From a virus, in the IMG/VR virus record IMGVR_UViG_3300032516_000009, positions 32,001 to 96,000 of that record: a stretch of 64,000 bases of DNA, one strand, 5' to 3'. Positions within the stretch are counted from its first letter, which is position 1, and each line of letters opens with the position of its first letter. This document shows, piece by piece, positions 19,084 to 28,832 of the stretch. The translations under genes and the position numbers were made by a program. The notes under the pieces were generated by a model that was not told the origin of the DNA, searched no databases, and worked only from the letters and a program-made list of their open reading frames with translations.

Positions 19084-20208
19084 GGGTCAAGTGGAAAAGG
19101 TAAACTATCACCATGGTTGGTTGATCATTTCAATTTTAAAAATGTCAGTTCAAGTAACTTCCCGAATGCTGGCCACTGTCTTAGATATACAGATGAATAT
19201 AAATTCATGGCCAAAGTTATACCAACATCGGCTGCATTAAAGAAATTTCAAAATCGTGACATTGTATGCTGGTTAAGCCCAGGGTCTGGCTTCGATCCTG
19301 AAAGACTAATATTAGAATGGAATGAATCTGGCAGACCACAAATATTTATTCACGAAAGAGCCAGCATAGTAACAAAAGAACATAAATTAAGAGAACAGTC
19401 TGGTATTGATTCAACAAAGCATATTGCATCAACTATGCAAGGATCAGCCACTGCGCTAACAGACAAAATACTCAGAAAAGCCAATTGCGTTCTAGCTAAA
19501 AATGTTGATTGGAATAAATATGTGAATCAAAATGATTTATCAGAATTCATGAAGACAGTGAAAATTATGACTGGACAAGAATTTAGAAACAGAACACATG
19601 ATGAATTAAATAAGATGAACGGATTCTGCCATGAAGTATCCCAAGGATACGCACTTTCAATTGATCATGGATCACATTATCCAATGTGCACGAGTAGAAA
19701 CTGCACACTTCAAGCTGGAATGGATCAAATGGCAATTCCACCAAAAATGGTGGGTGATGTTTATTTGAATATCAGATCAATACCGATTCGCGTTGGCAAC
19801 GTGATTGAAAACGGAGAACAAAAGGGATATTCAGGTGATTTTTATCCGGATAGTATTGAATTAACCTGGGAACAGGTGGCCAAAAATGCTAAGATGCCAG
19901 ATGAAGAAGTTGAAAAATTAAAGAAATCTGAGCTAACATCAGTTACAAAACGTCAGCGCAGATGTGCAACTTTTTCATGGATAAACCTTAAAGATGCCGT
20001 TCGGGTCAATGGGGCTACTAGACTCTGCGTCAATTTCATCCAGTATATTAACTGGAATGACCGTGGGTTAAAAGGCGGAAGAGAAGCTTTTGAGAAGTTA
20101 TCCAGAGAAAGTCGTGGTTTCATTTCTAAGATTGAAGAGGAAGTAAATGTTCCTGTGGTTCTGGTCGGAACCGGTGCTCTCCACGATGAGGTTATCTCTC
20201 TTTTATGA
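19042..20208 (+). CDS. purZ: PurA-family synthetase of PurZ type
   Basis: GSSGKGK (Ser at the PurA catalytic Asp position), PNAGH, SQGYALS, YPMCTSR, RSIPIRVGN, TSVTKRQRR, NFIQY. Confidence 0.65.
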   Translation: MQQGKINFIIDQAHGSSGKGKLSPWLVDHFNFKNVSSSNFPNAGHCLRYTDEYKFMAKVIPTSAALKKFQNRDIVCWLSPGSGFDPERLILEWNESGRPQIFIHERASIVTKEHKLREQSGIDSTKHIASTMQGSATALTDKILRKANCVLAKNVDWNKYVNQNDLSEFMKTVKIMTGQEFRNRTHDELNKMNGFCHEVSQGYALSIDHGSHYPMCTSRNCTLQAGMDQMAIPPKMVGDVYLNIRSIPIRVGNVIENGEQKGYSGDFYPDSIELTWEQVAKNAKMPDEEVEKLKKSELTSVTKRQRRCATFSWINLKDAVRVNGATRLCVNFIQYINWNDRGLKGGREAFEKLSRESRGFISKIEEEVNVPVVLVGTGALHDEVISLL

Positions 20209-20262
20209 GACTATTTGATTAAAGTAGAATTCTAATTTGTTCTTGTGTTGGAGGTACTTCAA

Positions 20263-20541
20263 ATGCTTCGTGTCACTTTCATTCTTTGTGCTCTCGCGCT
20301 CGTAGCCTGTACCGAGGAATCGACTTCGAATGTCGGCGGCTCCGGTGGAACCACTGTAGTTGGAGGATCCGGAGGATCCGGAGGTGCTACTGGCGGCAGT
20401 ACGGCCGGCGGGATGGGCGGAGTTGGCGGAGTTGGCGGAGTCGTTGTTGGAGGGGCCGGTGGATCTGGCGGCGCCGTAGTAGGAGGGAATGGTGGTGAGT
20501 CTCCTACTGGGGGATCTGGCGGAGCAGCTGGCAACGGATAA
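20263..20541 (+). CDS. Gly-rich lipoprotein
   Basis: GGAGG then MLRVTFILCALALVA|C lipobox, GGSGG repeats. Confidence 0.7.
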   Translation: MLRVTFILCALALVACTEESTSNVGGSGGTTVVGGSGGSGGATGGSTAGGMGGVGGVGGVVVGGAGGSGGAVVGGNGGESPTGGSGGAAGNG

Positions 20542-20602
20542 TATAAATCCGTTGACACCCGACAGGACTTTGGGAATAGGCCATATAACCTATTTCCTCT
20601 CC

Positions 20603-21118
20603 TTACGCGACGGCTGTCACAAAGCCCGTCCACTGTTCAGGGATATCAGTACCCTGAACTCTTAGCGGGCCTACTGGAAGGGCATCCGGACGGCGAGGAA
20701 CGGTATGCAAGCGCATACCGGCTTCTTCCGGAGTCTTGTCTCCTTTACCCATATTACAGGCACGGCAAGCGCATACTACATTCTCCCACGTTGTCTCACC
20801 TCCGCGAGATTTCGGAAAAACGTGGTCAAAAGTTAAACGGGAAATTGGAAACTTCTCCAAGCAGTATTGGCAACGTCCGCCATCTCTGGTTACGACGTTA
20901 AGCTTGGAAAACTTGACCTTGGGCTTGATCACCTTAGTCTTACGATGGATACGGACCACCGCTGGAACCTTCATCGATATGGATGGAGAACGAACTTCCT
21001 CATCATAATCGATGATAGATTCAACCTTCTTCTGATACAGATCCACGATGGCATCACGCCAAGTGATGATCTGTATTGGCATATACCAACTTGTTAGCAC
21101 CAAGGTCCTGCGTTCCAT
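20603..21118 (-). CDS. HNH endonuclease (McrA-like)
   Basis: RDGGRCQYC, TFDHVFPKSRGG, WENVVCACRACN. Confidence 0.9.
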   Translation of the reverse strand: MERRTLVLTSWYMPIQIITWRDAIVDLYQKKVESIIDYDEEVRSPSISMKVPAVVRIHRKTKVIKPKVKFSKLNVVTRDGGRCQYCLEKFPISRLTFDHVFPKSRGGETTWENVVCACRACNMGKGDKTPEEAGMRLHTVPRRPDALPVGPLRVQGTDIPEQWTGFVTAVA

Positions 21119-21218
21119 AGCTTAAGCCTCCTCCGCTCGTTGCTTCAGTCTCCACATGATTCTTCCCTCTGTCTAAGTACACTACAGTGTACTAGAGTTT
21201 TAGTGCAATTTACAAGAT

Positions 21219-21383
21219 ATGAAGCCGTCACAAACTGCAGGTAAACTACGTCAAATTGCTACTGCTATTGAGAACTCAAAGCGACCCGACCGTAATCTGG
21301 TTGCAGAAGATCTCAAGAAAATAATTGCAAGTTTAACAGAGCCGGATACTGCCGATAAGCCTGAGGCAGAAAATAAAGAATAA
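21219..21383 (+). CDS. 54-aa protein consisting almost only of the MKPSQ..LRQIA module (not in ORF track)
   Basis: MKPSQTAGKLRQIATAIENSKRPDRNLVAEDLKKIIASL... Confidence 0.7.
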   Translation: MKPSQTAGKLRQIATAIENSKRPDRNLVAEDLKKIIASLTEPDTADKPEAENKE

Positions 21384-21387
21384 TACG

Positions 21388-21463
21388 TGGTGCGGGCGAT
21401 TGGACTCGGACCAACGACTTCCAGCTTGTCGAGCTGGCGTTCTACCAACTGAACTACGCCCGC
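21388..21463 (-). tRNA. tRNA-Val(GAC), C33
   Basis: Cloverleaf, loop TCGACAA, encoded CCA. Confidence 0.9.
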
Positions 21464-21504
21464 GATAAATAGTAGGCTGGGACTTGAACCCACAAGCTAA
21501 GTAG

Positions 21505-21588
21505 TGGGCGCGGAGGGAATCGAACCCTCACATCCTTGCGGATCTCCGGGTTTGAGCCGGAGGCGGCTGCCTGTTACGCCACGCGCCC
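21505..21588 (-). tRNA. tRNA-Leu(CAA)
   Basis: Type II cloverleaf, loop CTCAAAC. Confidence 0.9.
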
Positions 21589-21597
21589 ATAAGATAG

Positions 21598-21682
21598 TGG
21601 GATCGGAGGGACTCGAACCCTCACGCCGATGAACGGCACCAGACTCTGATTCTGGCTTGGCTACCAGTTACAACACGATCCC
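21598..21682 (-). tRNA. tRNA-Leu(CAG)
   Basis: Type II, loop ATCAGAG. Confidence 0.85.
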
Positions 21683-21687
21683 TTGAG

Positions 21688-21771
21688 TGTCTAGGGCGGG
21701 AGTCGAACCCGCAAGCCCTTTCGGGCGCTCGCACCTGAAACGAGAGCGGTTACCTGTTTCGCCACCTAGAC
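21688..21771 (-). tRNA. tRNA-Leu(CAG)
   Basis: Type II, loop TTCAGGT. Confidence 0.9.
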
Positions 21772-21826
21772 AAAAGACTTTTCGAATTGGTACGGTATGG
21801 AAGACGCATAATGAAGGAGGAACTTC

Positions 21827-22612
21827 ATGTCTTCCAAATATACTATTGAGTCGCTAGAACCAATAGTGAAGAATTCCATTAGCATGTACGGAGTCTTGCG
21901 ATCTCTTGGTCTTAGATACGCAGGAGGAAATTGGAAACACATTGCCGATCGTATTAAGTATCTTGGAATAGACACGTCGCATTTCCGCGGGTTGGGATCC
22001 AATCATGGTATTAATCATGTTGGAGGGGTAAAACGAATTGAGTGGCGTGATGTATTGGTCTATAATAGGAAAAACGGTAGACGTGAAACTCAAAGAGTAT
22101 TGCGTCGTGCTTTAATTGAGTCTGGTATCAGTGAGAGATGTGAAATATGTAATCTTGACCCGATATGGCATGATAAACCACTAAGCCTACAGATTGATCA
22201 TAAAAATGGGGATTTTTTAGACAATAGACCGGGCAACCCCCGGTTTTTATGTCCGAATTGCCATACTCAAACAGAAAATTACGGATCTAAAAAATTCAAA
22301 CTACACAAAATGTGTGCATCATGTGTACCAAGAACTAAAACCGTACGAACTTGTCTTAAATGTGGTAAACAAATTAACATTAAGTCAAAATACTGTGTTG
22401 AATGTGCACGAATCGAAATCCCGTCCGCTACCAAAATAACTTGGCCAAATGATGGAGAATTACAGTTATTAGTATGGCAGCGTCCGATGACAACTCTTGC
22501 AAAGGAATTTGGGGTTTCAGATAAAGCAATTCTAAACCGATGCAAAAAACATGGAATTAAAAACCCTCCAACTGGTTATTGGTCGAAAATCAAACACGGA
22601 ATCATGCCTTAG
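21827..22612 (+). CDS. HNH homing endonuclease with C-terminal HTH
   Basis: LQIDHKNGDFLDNRPGNPRFLCPNCH; GVSDKAI...PPTGYW. Confidence 0.9.
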   Translation: MSSKYTIESLEPIVKNSISMYGVLRSLGLRYAGGNWKHIADRIKYLGIDTSHFRGLGSNHGINHVGGVKRIEWRDVLVYNRKNGRRETQRVLRRALIESGISERCEICNLDPIWHDKPLSLQIDHKNGDFLDNRPGNPRFLCPNCHTQTENYGSKKFKLHKMCASCVPRTKTVRTCLKCGKQINIKSKYCVECARIEIPSATKITWPNDGELQLLVWQRPMTTLAKEFGVSDKAILNRCKKHGIKNPPTGYWSKIKHGIMP

Positions 22613-22695
22613 TGCGGATGATAGGAATCGAACCTACACGGGATCTCTCCCACTTCCACCTCAAAGAAGCGCGTATTCCATTTCGCCACATCCGC
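22613..22695 (-). tRNA. tRNA-Leu(GAG)
   Basis: Type II, loop TTGAGGT. Confidence 0.9.
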
Positions 22696-22722
22696 ATAAG
22701 CTTTTGTTCAGGTTAATTTAAT

Positions 22723-23052
22723 ATGCAAAATCAATTGCATAAAATTGCAATATTACTAACTACTCCTAAAGAGTATATTGTTATTCATCGGAGTATGGAT
22801 GATGTATATACTATCGTAATCAGTACGGATCAGGTTAGACCAGCGTCTGGAGATTATGCTATCATAAATTTACCCAATGGTGATTCTGTCACCATTGCTA
22901 AAGATTTAGATACTATCAAGGCAAATGAAGATATGACAAACACGGATCTATTGGAAGCATTGCACGAATTTGGAATTATTACGATGGATGATAACGGTAA
23001 TTATGTTGATAAGGACGGCAATCCTGTCGGTCAGGGTAAATCGTCCCCATAA
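22723..23052 (+). CDS. hypothetical protein
   Basis: 109-aa acidic ORF. Confidence 0.55.
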   Translation: MQNQLHKIAILLTTPKEYIVIHRSMDDVYTIVISTDQVRPASGDYAIINLPNGDSVTIAKDLDTIKANEDMTNTDLLEALHEFGIITMDDNGNYVDKDGNPVGQGKSSP

Positions 23053-23156
23053 TATTTGAGATCCATCTGAATTCCTGATCTCATATCCACCCAAATCTTA
23101 GAATTTGAATGGAAAAATTGAGAAATTCCAAAAATACTTCAGTAACAAAGTGTAAG

Positions 23157-23225
23157 TCGCGGTGAGGGGATCTCGAACCCCTGCGGTCAGACGTATGAAA
23201 TCCGCCGACAACCCTGATCACCGCG
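23157..23225 (-). tRNA. atypical tRNA(CAT), Met or Ile2, reduced D arm, 8-nt T loop
   Basis: Acceptor CGCGGTG/CACCGCG, loop TTCATAC, AGGGG-TTCGAGAT-CCCCT. Confidence 0.7.
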
Positions 23226-23260
23226 GATAGTTAATTCTCCATAGCTACACAGCCATGTAG

Positions 23261-23334
23261 TGTCCCCGACGCGAGTCGAACTCACAACCTTCGGCTCCGG
23301 AGGTCGACGCTCTTTCCAATTGAGCTACGAGGAC
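23261..23334 (-). tRNA. tRNA-Arg(CCG)
   Basis: Loop CTCCGGA. Confidence 0.88.
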
Positions 23335-23582
23335 CCGAACAGATTATCCCACAGGCTATGCCACGATTCTGCGTCATGCGTGCCATCGCAGAGAAGAGCC
23401 CCAACGAACTTTCCTGCATCACCACTACACGGCTTGGAGTACTGCAACAGCGCGTCTCGGCGCTTGTCGAAATCTGCTTCATCATACAGGCTCTTCAACC
23501 GCTCCCTAGGAATGCGCCGATAGTTGGTTTCTTCAGATGCGATAACTTGCAGAACGAGGTGACCTGGTACTGGAATCGGCAT
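23325..23582 (-). CDS. small hypothetical protein downstream of the fibre-like gene
   Basis: AGGAG upstream, co-oriented. Confidence 0.5.
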   Translation of the reverse strand: MPIPVPGHLVLQVIASEETNYRRIPRERLKSLYDEADFDKRRDALLQYSKPCSGDAGKFVGALLCDGTHDAESWHSLWDNLFGSS

Positions 23583-23591
23583 GACGCGCTC

Positions 23592-26500
23592 CTAGACGTA
23601 GTCGAGCTTCAGTGTGCCGAGGAAGGTTCCGACGTATGAGGACCAAGACTTGGTCAGACCAGCCGTTCCACCGCTGTTGATGGCGGTCCACACGAGCGGA
23701 GTGGACTTGTACGCCAACCCAGCTAGAACCAAGCCGGGTCCACACGAACTTGGTGTAACAGTCAGGAACCGTGCATCTACCAAATAGACCTTTCCGGTCC
23801 CACCCGCATCACTGACGTGAACGTAACCACCTCCACCTACGATGTTTGCTGCATTGGCACAGCCCGGGAGAGCCACAGTGGCCAGGAGAGAGCCGGGGGC
23901 AGGAAAGGTCGAGATGTCGAACTTCAGAGCGTTACCACCTACTCCTGTACAGGCCCACAGGTGCCAACCACCCGAGCCATCACTGGCATAGACGAGACCA
24001 CTGATGGTCTCTGAAGCGTGCGTGTAGGTCGAGACGATGGCAAGCGTGCCCAGATTGATCTTGAAGATCTTTTTGCTTGTGCCTCCTGCAACCCAAAGGA
24101 AGCCCCCACCGATGCAACAGTCCACCATCTCAGTACCAGGACCGGGGTTCGTAGTCGTTGCCTCGGCGTTCATCTGGCTCTTGTAGTCTCCCCAGCAGCG
24201 CAAGAGGTCAGACTTGGCAAATCGGCGCACGCTGGAATTGAACGCTTCCGTGGTGCCCGAGCTGACGGCGTAGATCTTGTCACCACTAATGGCAACGCCC
24301 AATACGTTTCCATTCGTGACATACCTTCCGCAGCTCCCATACCCAGCAAGTGTGTAGTATTGACCGTCGAAGCTGCTCTTTCTCACCAAGGTGATCATGC
24401 TGTCGGAGTCATTGGCAATTACGATATGGGTCTCATCATGGGTAACACGACCACCCTTGGTCACCAGCCCGAAAAGCGCCGGGTAGCTCATGTCCACTTT
24501 GTGGACCGAAGTCTCGCCAGAGTAGAGATATAGGATCGATGACGAACTGTCCGTTATGATTAACTTGCCGTGACTAGAATCGTAGTCGACCCCCTTGGGC
24601 GCTGTGGGAATGTCATGAACCACGGTCAAGACTTTACCAACGGCGGCATTGGTCATGTCCGCAACAGGCATCCCCTTGATGCTGCGAAGGACTGGTACTG
24701 GAGCATAGTTGCGTTGGTCTACAGACATATCCCCCTTCGGTGAGCCGAAGTTCATCCAGTCCAGGTTGCCGGGTCTATAGTCCTCAAAGTTATTGACGAC
24801 ATAGGAGCCGGCTCCTGGGTAGGTCGAACACCACGTGGCCTCGCCCGTTTCATCTTGGGCAATCCAGTAGATGTAGTCCCAACTAGGGTCAAAGAGGACT
24901 CCGCGCAGTACTGCGTTCTGCGACCAGAAGTCTCCAAGAGCCATAGTGCCGAATGGAACCGTGATGTTCTGGATCCCCACGTAGTCCATTGTGACCATGA
25001 TCGTGGGCGTGTCGGCCTCGTAGCACAAGTCGTAGGTCGGACCCTGGATCGTGATGCTGTCGATGATAGAAAACGTGGTGGGATCGAACCTACACAGGTT
25101 GGTGCCTCTCTCAGAAACGAAGAAGATGATTCCCTTCTCACAGATAGCCCGCACGCGATTCGACGTTGCGCTTGGGATGGGCAGCGACGTGGAAGAACTC
25201 CACGAGGCCAGGTCGAACTTAAATACATTGGCCGTGCCAAAGAAGAACGCAGCCGAACCGACTACAATGATTCCACGTCCTTCCTCACCCAATACCAAGT
25301 CATGCCGCTTGACCTGATTCGTCTCGGCGTCGATCTCGATGACGATCCCGCTGTCATGCTCAAGAGTCGTCAAGACTCGATTTCCAACAGGGTCCCACGC
25401 TAGACCTTGTCCCCCGTACCTAAAATCAGGGCTCGGGATCGGGATGCCATACTCCAATACGTCCCAGGTGTTCCGGTCGATCTTGACCAAGTTAGGTAAG
25501 TTGGTGAGCACCCACACGTAGTTGGGAGTCATCAGCAACGTGTGAGGACGACTGTCTGCTCCCAGGCCCGTCCGGAGTGGGATGCTGTAGTGCGAGGAAT
25601 CCGTGTCGAGGTCATGTACGAGAATGTCACTCACTCCCTCACGACACATCCACGCATAGGGGCCCTCCCATTTTTGCGCCGAGGGGTTGTAGGTCCGGTC
25701 TAGAAGCATGTGACCACAGACGACCCTACTCTGCCCACGTTCTGCGCCCACAATGGGAACGTAGCCAACTCCCGGCTTGTACTGACCCTGTAGACCTTCC
25801 AGAAGGTCTAAGCGGCCACTCGACGCAACACGCTTCGGCACCGAGCCATAGGCCTGTTCCGTCACATAGCCGACTAACCCCGAGCCCCCATCAGGGTAGT
25901 TAACGTAGTAGATTCCAGTTCTACTGCCCTGAATGCCTGGTAGGAAGCCTCCAATGTACGCAATATTCCCGATGGCCGCTGCGCCCTCGCTGTGGAATTC
26001 ACCAGGCGTGAACGTAGCCTCTACCGTGTTCGTATTCGGGTCGATGACCCACACAAAGGCGGAGTCTTCATCCGTCACATATAGCCGCGTGTTTAGAGTG
26101 CCCGCGCTATCAGGCCCAAGCGCAATCTCACTGGTCGCGCTGGCATTCGGAAGTGTGACAGCCGCGAGCGAAGATAAATCCACCGTGCTTAGTCGCTGGA
26201 CCTGAGTCCCATCCGAAATCCATAAATCACCGAACGCAAGACAAGAGGACAGAGCCGCTGTGGTGCCGTCTGCAACCACTAGCGTCATCGTGCCCGGATC
26301 GACTTTTTGCGTACCCGTGCCGTCGAACATACCCCCCTGCGTGAACCAGATATATCCTCCGCCGTAGCGAATGAAACGTCCTCGCGCATTGTAGCTTGCA
26401 ACCCGCGTGATCGTGCTTGGGGGCTGGCCAAGGCAGGCTACCGTACTGAACTTGGCAATTCCCTTTGGTGTCCCATTGCCGTAGCAGTAAAAATTACCCG

Positions 26501-27506
26501 CCCCATCCGCACAGACGCTCGTGGCCTGCTGACCAGCTCCTAGCCACCCCCAGCCCGCAATCGTCATCGTGGCCTTGTCAATGATGGCCACATTTTCGGA
26601 AGTCCAACATGCAGCGTAAATATACGTACTGTCAACAGCTAAATCACGAACGCGGTCGATTGTAGGGAGCACAGTCCTCAGGTCAACTCGTTTAACCACG
26701 GACAGCGCAGGGCCCCCATTCATCGGCAACATCTTTACGACCAGGCCAGAACCGGCAAGGCTGTTGGAGGTGTCGCTGACGGTTGTTGACTCGGCCGCGT
26801 AGAGATAGGTTCCATCCGACACGAGCGAGCGAGGCGAATACAGACCTGATCCTTTGTCTTGTGGAGCAACAATCAAACCTCTACCCGCAAGTGCTGAGTC
26901 AGGTGATGGAATACGGTTAATTGACGCAACGGTTTGCTCTATACTTGTGCCTGTTAAATCTCCATCGGCTGTAAATCCGCCACCCGTAGGATCTTGTGCG
27001 GTCCATCCAGTTGATATTACTTCTCCTCCTCCCACTGCCCATGTCAGTACTTGCCCTATTCCTGGTGTACAACTTAATGCAGCATTGCCTTGAATACCAA
27101 CTACAGTTTGATTCGTACTGGTGCCACTCAAATCACCACCAGCTGTGAATCCACCAGTAGCGGTTACAGCTGTTATTCCTGCTGGTCCTTTAGGCCCAAT
27201 AAATCCTGGTGGACCTTGGAATTGTCGAGCGAGAGAATCTATTGTGCCTTTCTGGACGTATCGAACTCCAAATTCATATGCAGTTTGTCCAGTAAATGGA
27301 CTTTTAACTTCTAAGAACGATAACTGCGATAAATCATGGGATCCAGAAGTGATGCCCAAACCTGTTAAAACTTGAGAATATATAGTAGAACTCATAAGTG
27401 TCGCATAAGGATTGGATAAAATTTCATCAGTGCTCAGGAGTATGACTCCTTGCACTACATTGAATAGACCTGAAGCAATTTTCTGTACACCTACAGTTGT
27501 AGCCAT
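23592..27506 (-). CDS. large beta-propeller-rich virion fibre/receptor-binding-like protein
   Basis: Short collagen-like GPPGFIGPKGPAG, repeated GGFTA(G/D)GDL(S/T)GT, YncE/YVTN-like blades (VWVIDPNTNTVEAT). Confidence 0.6.
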   Translation of the reverse strand: MATTVGVQKIASGLFNVVQGVILLSTDEILSNPYATLMSSTIYSQVLTGLGITSGSHDLSQLSFLEVKSPFTGQTAYEFGVRYVQKGTIDSLARQFQGPPGFIGPKGPAGITAVTATGGFTAGGDLSGTSTNQTVVGIQGNAALSCTPGIGQVLTWAVGGGEVISTGWTAQDPTGGGFTADGDLTGTSIEQTVASINRIPSPDSALAGRGLIVAPQDKGSGLYSPRSLVSDGTYLYAAESTTVSDTSNSLAGSGLVVKMLPMNGGPALSVVKRVDLRTVLPTIDRVRDLAVDSTYIYAACWTSENVAIIDKATMTIAGWGWLGAGQQATSVCADGAGNFYCYGNGTPKGIAKFSTVACLGQPPSTITRVASYNARGRFIRYGGGYIWFTQGGMFDGTGTQKVDPGTMTLVVADGTTAALSSCLAFGDLWISDGTQVQRLSTVDLSSLAAVTLPNASATSEIALGPDSAGTLNTRLYVTDEDSAFVWVIDPNTNTVEATFTPGEFHSEGAAAIGNIAYIGGFLPGIQGSRTGIYYVNYPDGGSGLVGYVTEQAYGSVPKRVASSGRLDLLEGLQGQYKPGVGYVPIVGAERGQSRVVCGHMLLDRTYNPSAQKWEGPYAWMCREGVSDILVHDLDTDSSHYSIPLRTGLGADSRPHTLLMTPNYVWVLTNLPNLVKIDRNTWDVLEYGIPIPSPDFRYGGQGLAWDPVGNRVLTTLEHDSGIVIEIDAETNQVKRHDLVLGEEGRGIIVVGSAAFFFGTANVFKFDLASWSSSTSLPIPSATSNRVRAICEKGIIFFVSERGTNLCRFDPTTFSIIDSITIQGPTYDLCYEADTPTIMVTMDYVGIQNITVPFGTMALGDFWSQNAVLRGVLFDPSWDYIYWIAQDETGEATWCSTYPGAGSYVVNNFEDYRPGNLDWMNFGSPKGDMSVDQRNYAPVPVLRSIKGMPVADMTNAAVGKVLTVVHDIPTAPKGVDYDSSHGKLIITDSSSSILYLYSGETSVHKVDMSYPALFGLVTKGGRVTHDETHIVIANDSDSMITLVRKSSFDGQYYTLAGYGSCGRYVTNGNVLGVAISGDKIYAVSSGTTEAFNSSVRRFAKSDLLRCWGDYKSQMNAEATTTNPGPGTEMVDCCIGGGFLWVAGGTSKKIFKINLGTLAIVSTYTHASETISGLVYASDGSGGWHLWACTGVGGNALKFDISTFPAPGSLLATVALPGCANAANIVGGGGYVHVSDAGGTGKVYLVDARFLTVTPSSCGPGLVLAGLAYKSTPLVWTAINSGGTAGLTKSWSSYVGTFLGTLKLDYV

Positions 27507-27533
27507 AGCATAAATACATCATAGGAAGCGTAT

Positions 27534-27610
27534 TGGTACCCCCGGTGCGAGTCGAACGCACAAACCTCGTGATCCGTAGTCACGCGCTCTATCCATTGAG
27601 CTACGGGGGC
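27534..27610 (-). tRNA. tRNA-Arg(ACG)
   Basis: Loop CTACGGA, CCA. Confidence 0.92.
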
Positions 27611-27614
27611 ATAG

Positions 27615-27688
27615 TATCCTCGGCGAGAGTCGAACTCGCAACATTCGGATCCGAAGTCCGACGCTCTTTCCAATTGAGCTACGAGGAC
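27615..27688 (-). tRNA. tRNA-Arg(TCG)
   Basis: Loop CTTCGGA. Confidence 0.92.
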
Positions 27689-27692
27689 ATAG

Positions 27693-27764
27693 TGATCCCA
27701 ACGGGATTCGAACCCGTATTGCCGGCGTGAGGGGCCGGATTCCTGGCCGTTAGAAGATGGGATC
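27693..27764 (-). tRNA. tRNA-Glu(CTC), C33
   Basis: Loop CCCTCAC. Confidence 0.88.
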
Positions 27765-27767
27765 GAA

Positions 27768-28367
27768 TTACTGATCCATTACATATTCAGTAGCATCATT
27801 ACTATTATCTATGAACATTGATGATATGACACTAGTCATGAATTTTCGATATCTGGGTTGCTGATTATGTTTTCTAGTCGGACTTCTACCAGACATCGGA
27901 TATGAACGAAATGAAAGGACTTTTCGTTTTGAACTTTTTTCAATACCAACTCGTCTATATTCAACTGCTATATAAATGAATTTATGCGGGATGAAAATCC
28001 GCTGACAGTATGGATAAGATGGAGAACGAATTTTTCGCACCTGAATGAACTTTTGAGCAAGAAAATGAATTTCTCCAGTAAATGTTCCTTTATATGAAAA
28101 AGTCATATTGCATCTGAATGTTTTCTCAGATCTCGAAATATTATTTATGTTGACCAAAAATGCGCGCTTGCGGAACAGCACCTTCATTATTGAAGTGAAT
28201 GGCATTACTGCATAAGACGGGATGGTGTCTTGTATTTGATTAAGAAATGGTTGAAATTCATCAAAACTGATAAAAATTGTCTTACCAAACGCTGCCATTG
28301 CAGTAGATATATTAATTTTTTGCAGGCAATCCGTCGCCATTGCAGCTTCACGTACGGAAGTTTCCAT
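27768..28367 (-). CDS. hypothetical protein
   Basis: 199-aa ORF; the N-terminal REAAMxxDC segment is duplicated about 150 nt upstream. Confidence 0.55.
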   Translation of the reverse strand: METSVREAAMATDCLQKINISTAMAAFGKTIFISFDEFQPFLNQIQDTIPSYAVMPFTSIMKVLFRKRAFLVNINNISRSEKTFRCNMTFSYKGTFTGEIHFLAQKFIQVRKIRSPSYPYCQRIFIPHKFIYIAVEYRRVGIEKSSKRKVLSFRSYPMSGRSPTRKHNQQPRYRKFMTSVISSMFIDNSNDATEYVMDQ

Positions 28368-28560
28368 GCACCAGAATTTACATTTGATGTATAAATGCTG
28401 CTATTGCAATCTAGCAAATTGCTGAACAGGAGAACCGTAACACGGTTTCGAAATCACGTTACGCCATATTGGGCAGTCCATCGTCATCGCAGCTTCACGT
28501 ATGGGTGTATCCAAAAGGCGAGGGCAATCTACATTGACAACGGATTGATCTAATATTTTG

Positions 28561-28633
28561 AGGCGGAGGTGGGTTACGATCCCACGCATGTCGCTTTTGC
28601 AGAGCGATACCTTCCCAACTTGGCTACTCCGCC
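28561..28633 (-). tRNA. tRNA-Cys(GCA)
   Basis: Loop CTGCAAA, U73, T loop ATCGTAA. Confidence 0.88.
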
Positions 28634-28644
28634 AGATTGAATAG

Positions 28645-28717
28645 AGCTCCCGGTGAGATTTGAACTCACGACCCGCGACTTACGAAATCGCTGCTCTACC
28701 TACTGAGCTACAGGAGC
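28645..28717 (-). tRNA. tRNA-Thr(CGT)
   Basis: Loop TTCGTAA. Confidence 0.92.
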
Positions 28718-28739
28718 AAACAATCTACTTTACAATTAG

Positions 28740-28826
28740 CGGAGAGAGTGGGATTTGAACCCACGGACGGGTTTATTCGTCGCTCGCTTAGCAAGCGAGT
28801 GCCATAGGCCACTCGGCCATCTCTCC
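28740..28826 (-). tRNA. tRNA-Ser(GCT)
   Basis: Type II, loop TTGCTAA. Confidence 0.92.
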
Positions 28827-28832
28827 AAAGTT

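Noticed and set aside
20259-20633. Pro-rich ORF
   Set aside because: Antisense shadow of the Gly-rich lipoprotein
21088-21104. Extra Y-like copy (GGTGCTAACAAG)
   Set aside because: Lies in HNH coding sequence (VLTS) with no partner strand
21471-21495. Additional tRNA
   Set aside because: Only a T-arm fragment (GTGGGTTCAAGTCCCA) without the other arms
23817-27375. Many + strand ORFs
   Set aside because: Shadows of the GC-rich 1304-aa gene; ORFs overlapping tRNA clusters elsewhere were rejected for the same reason
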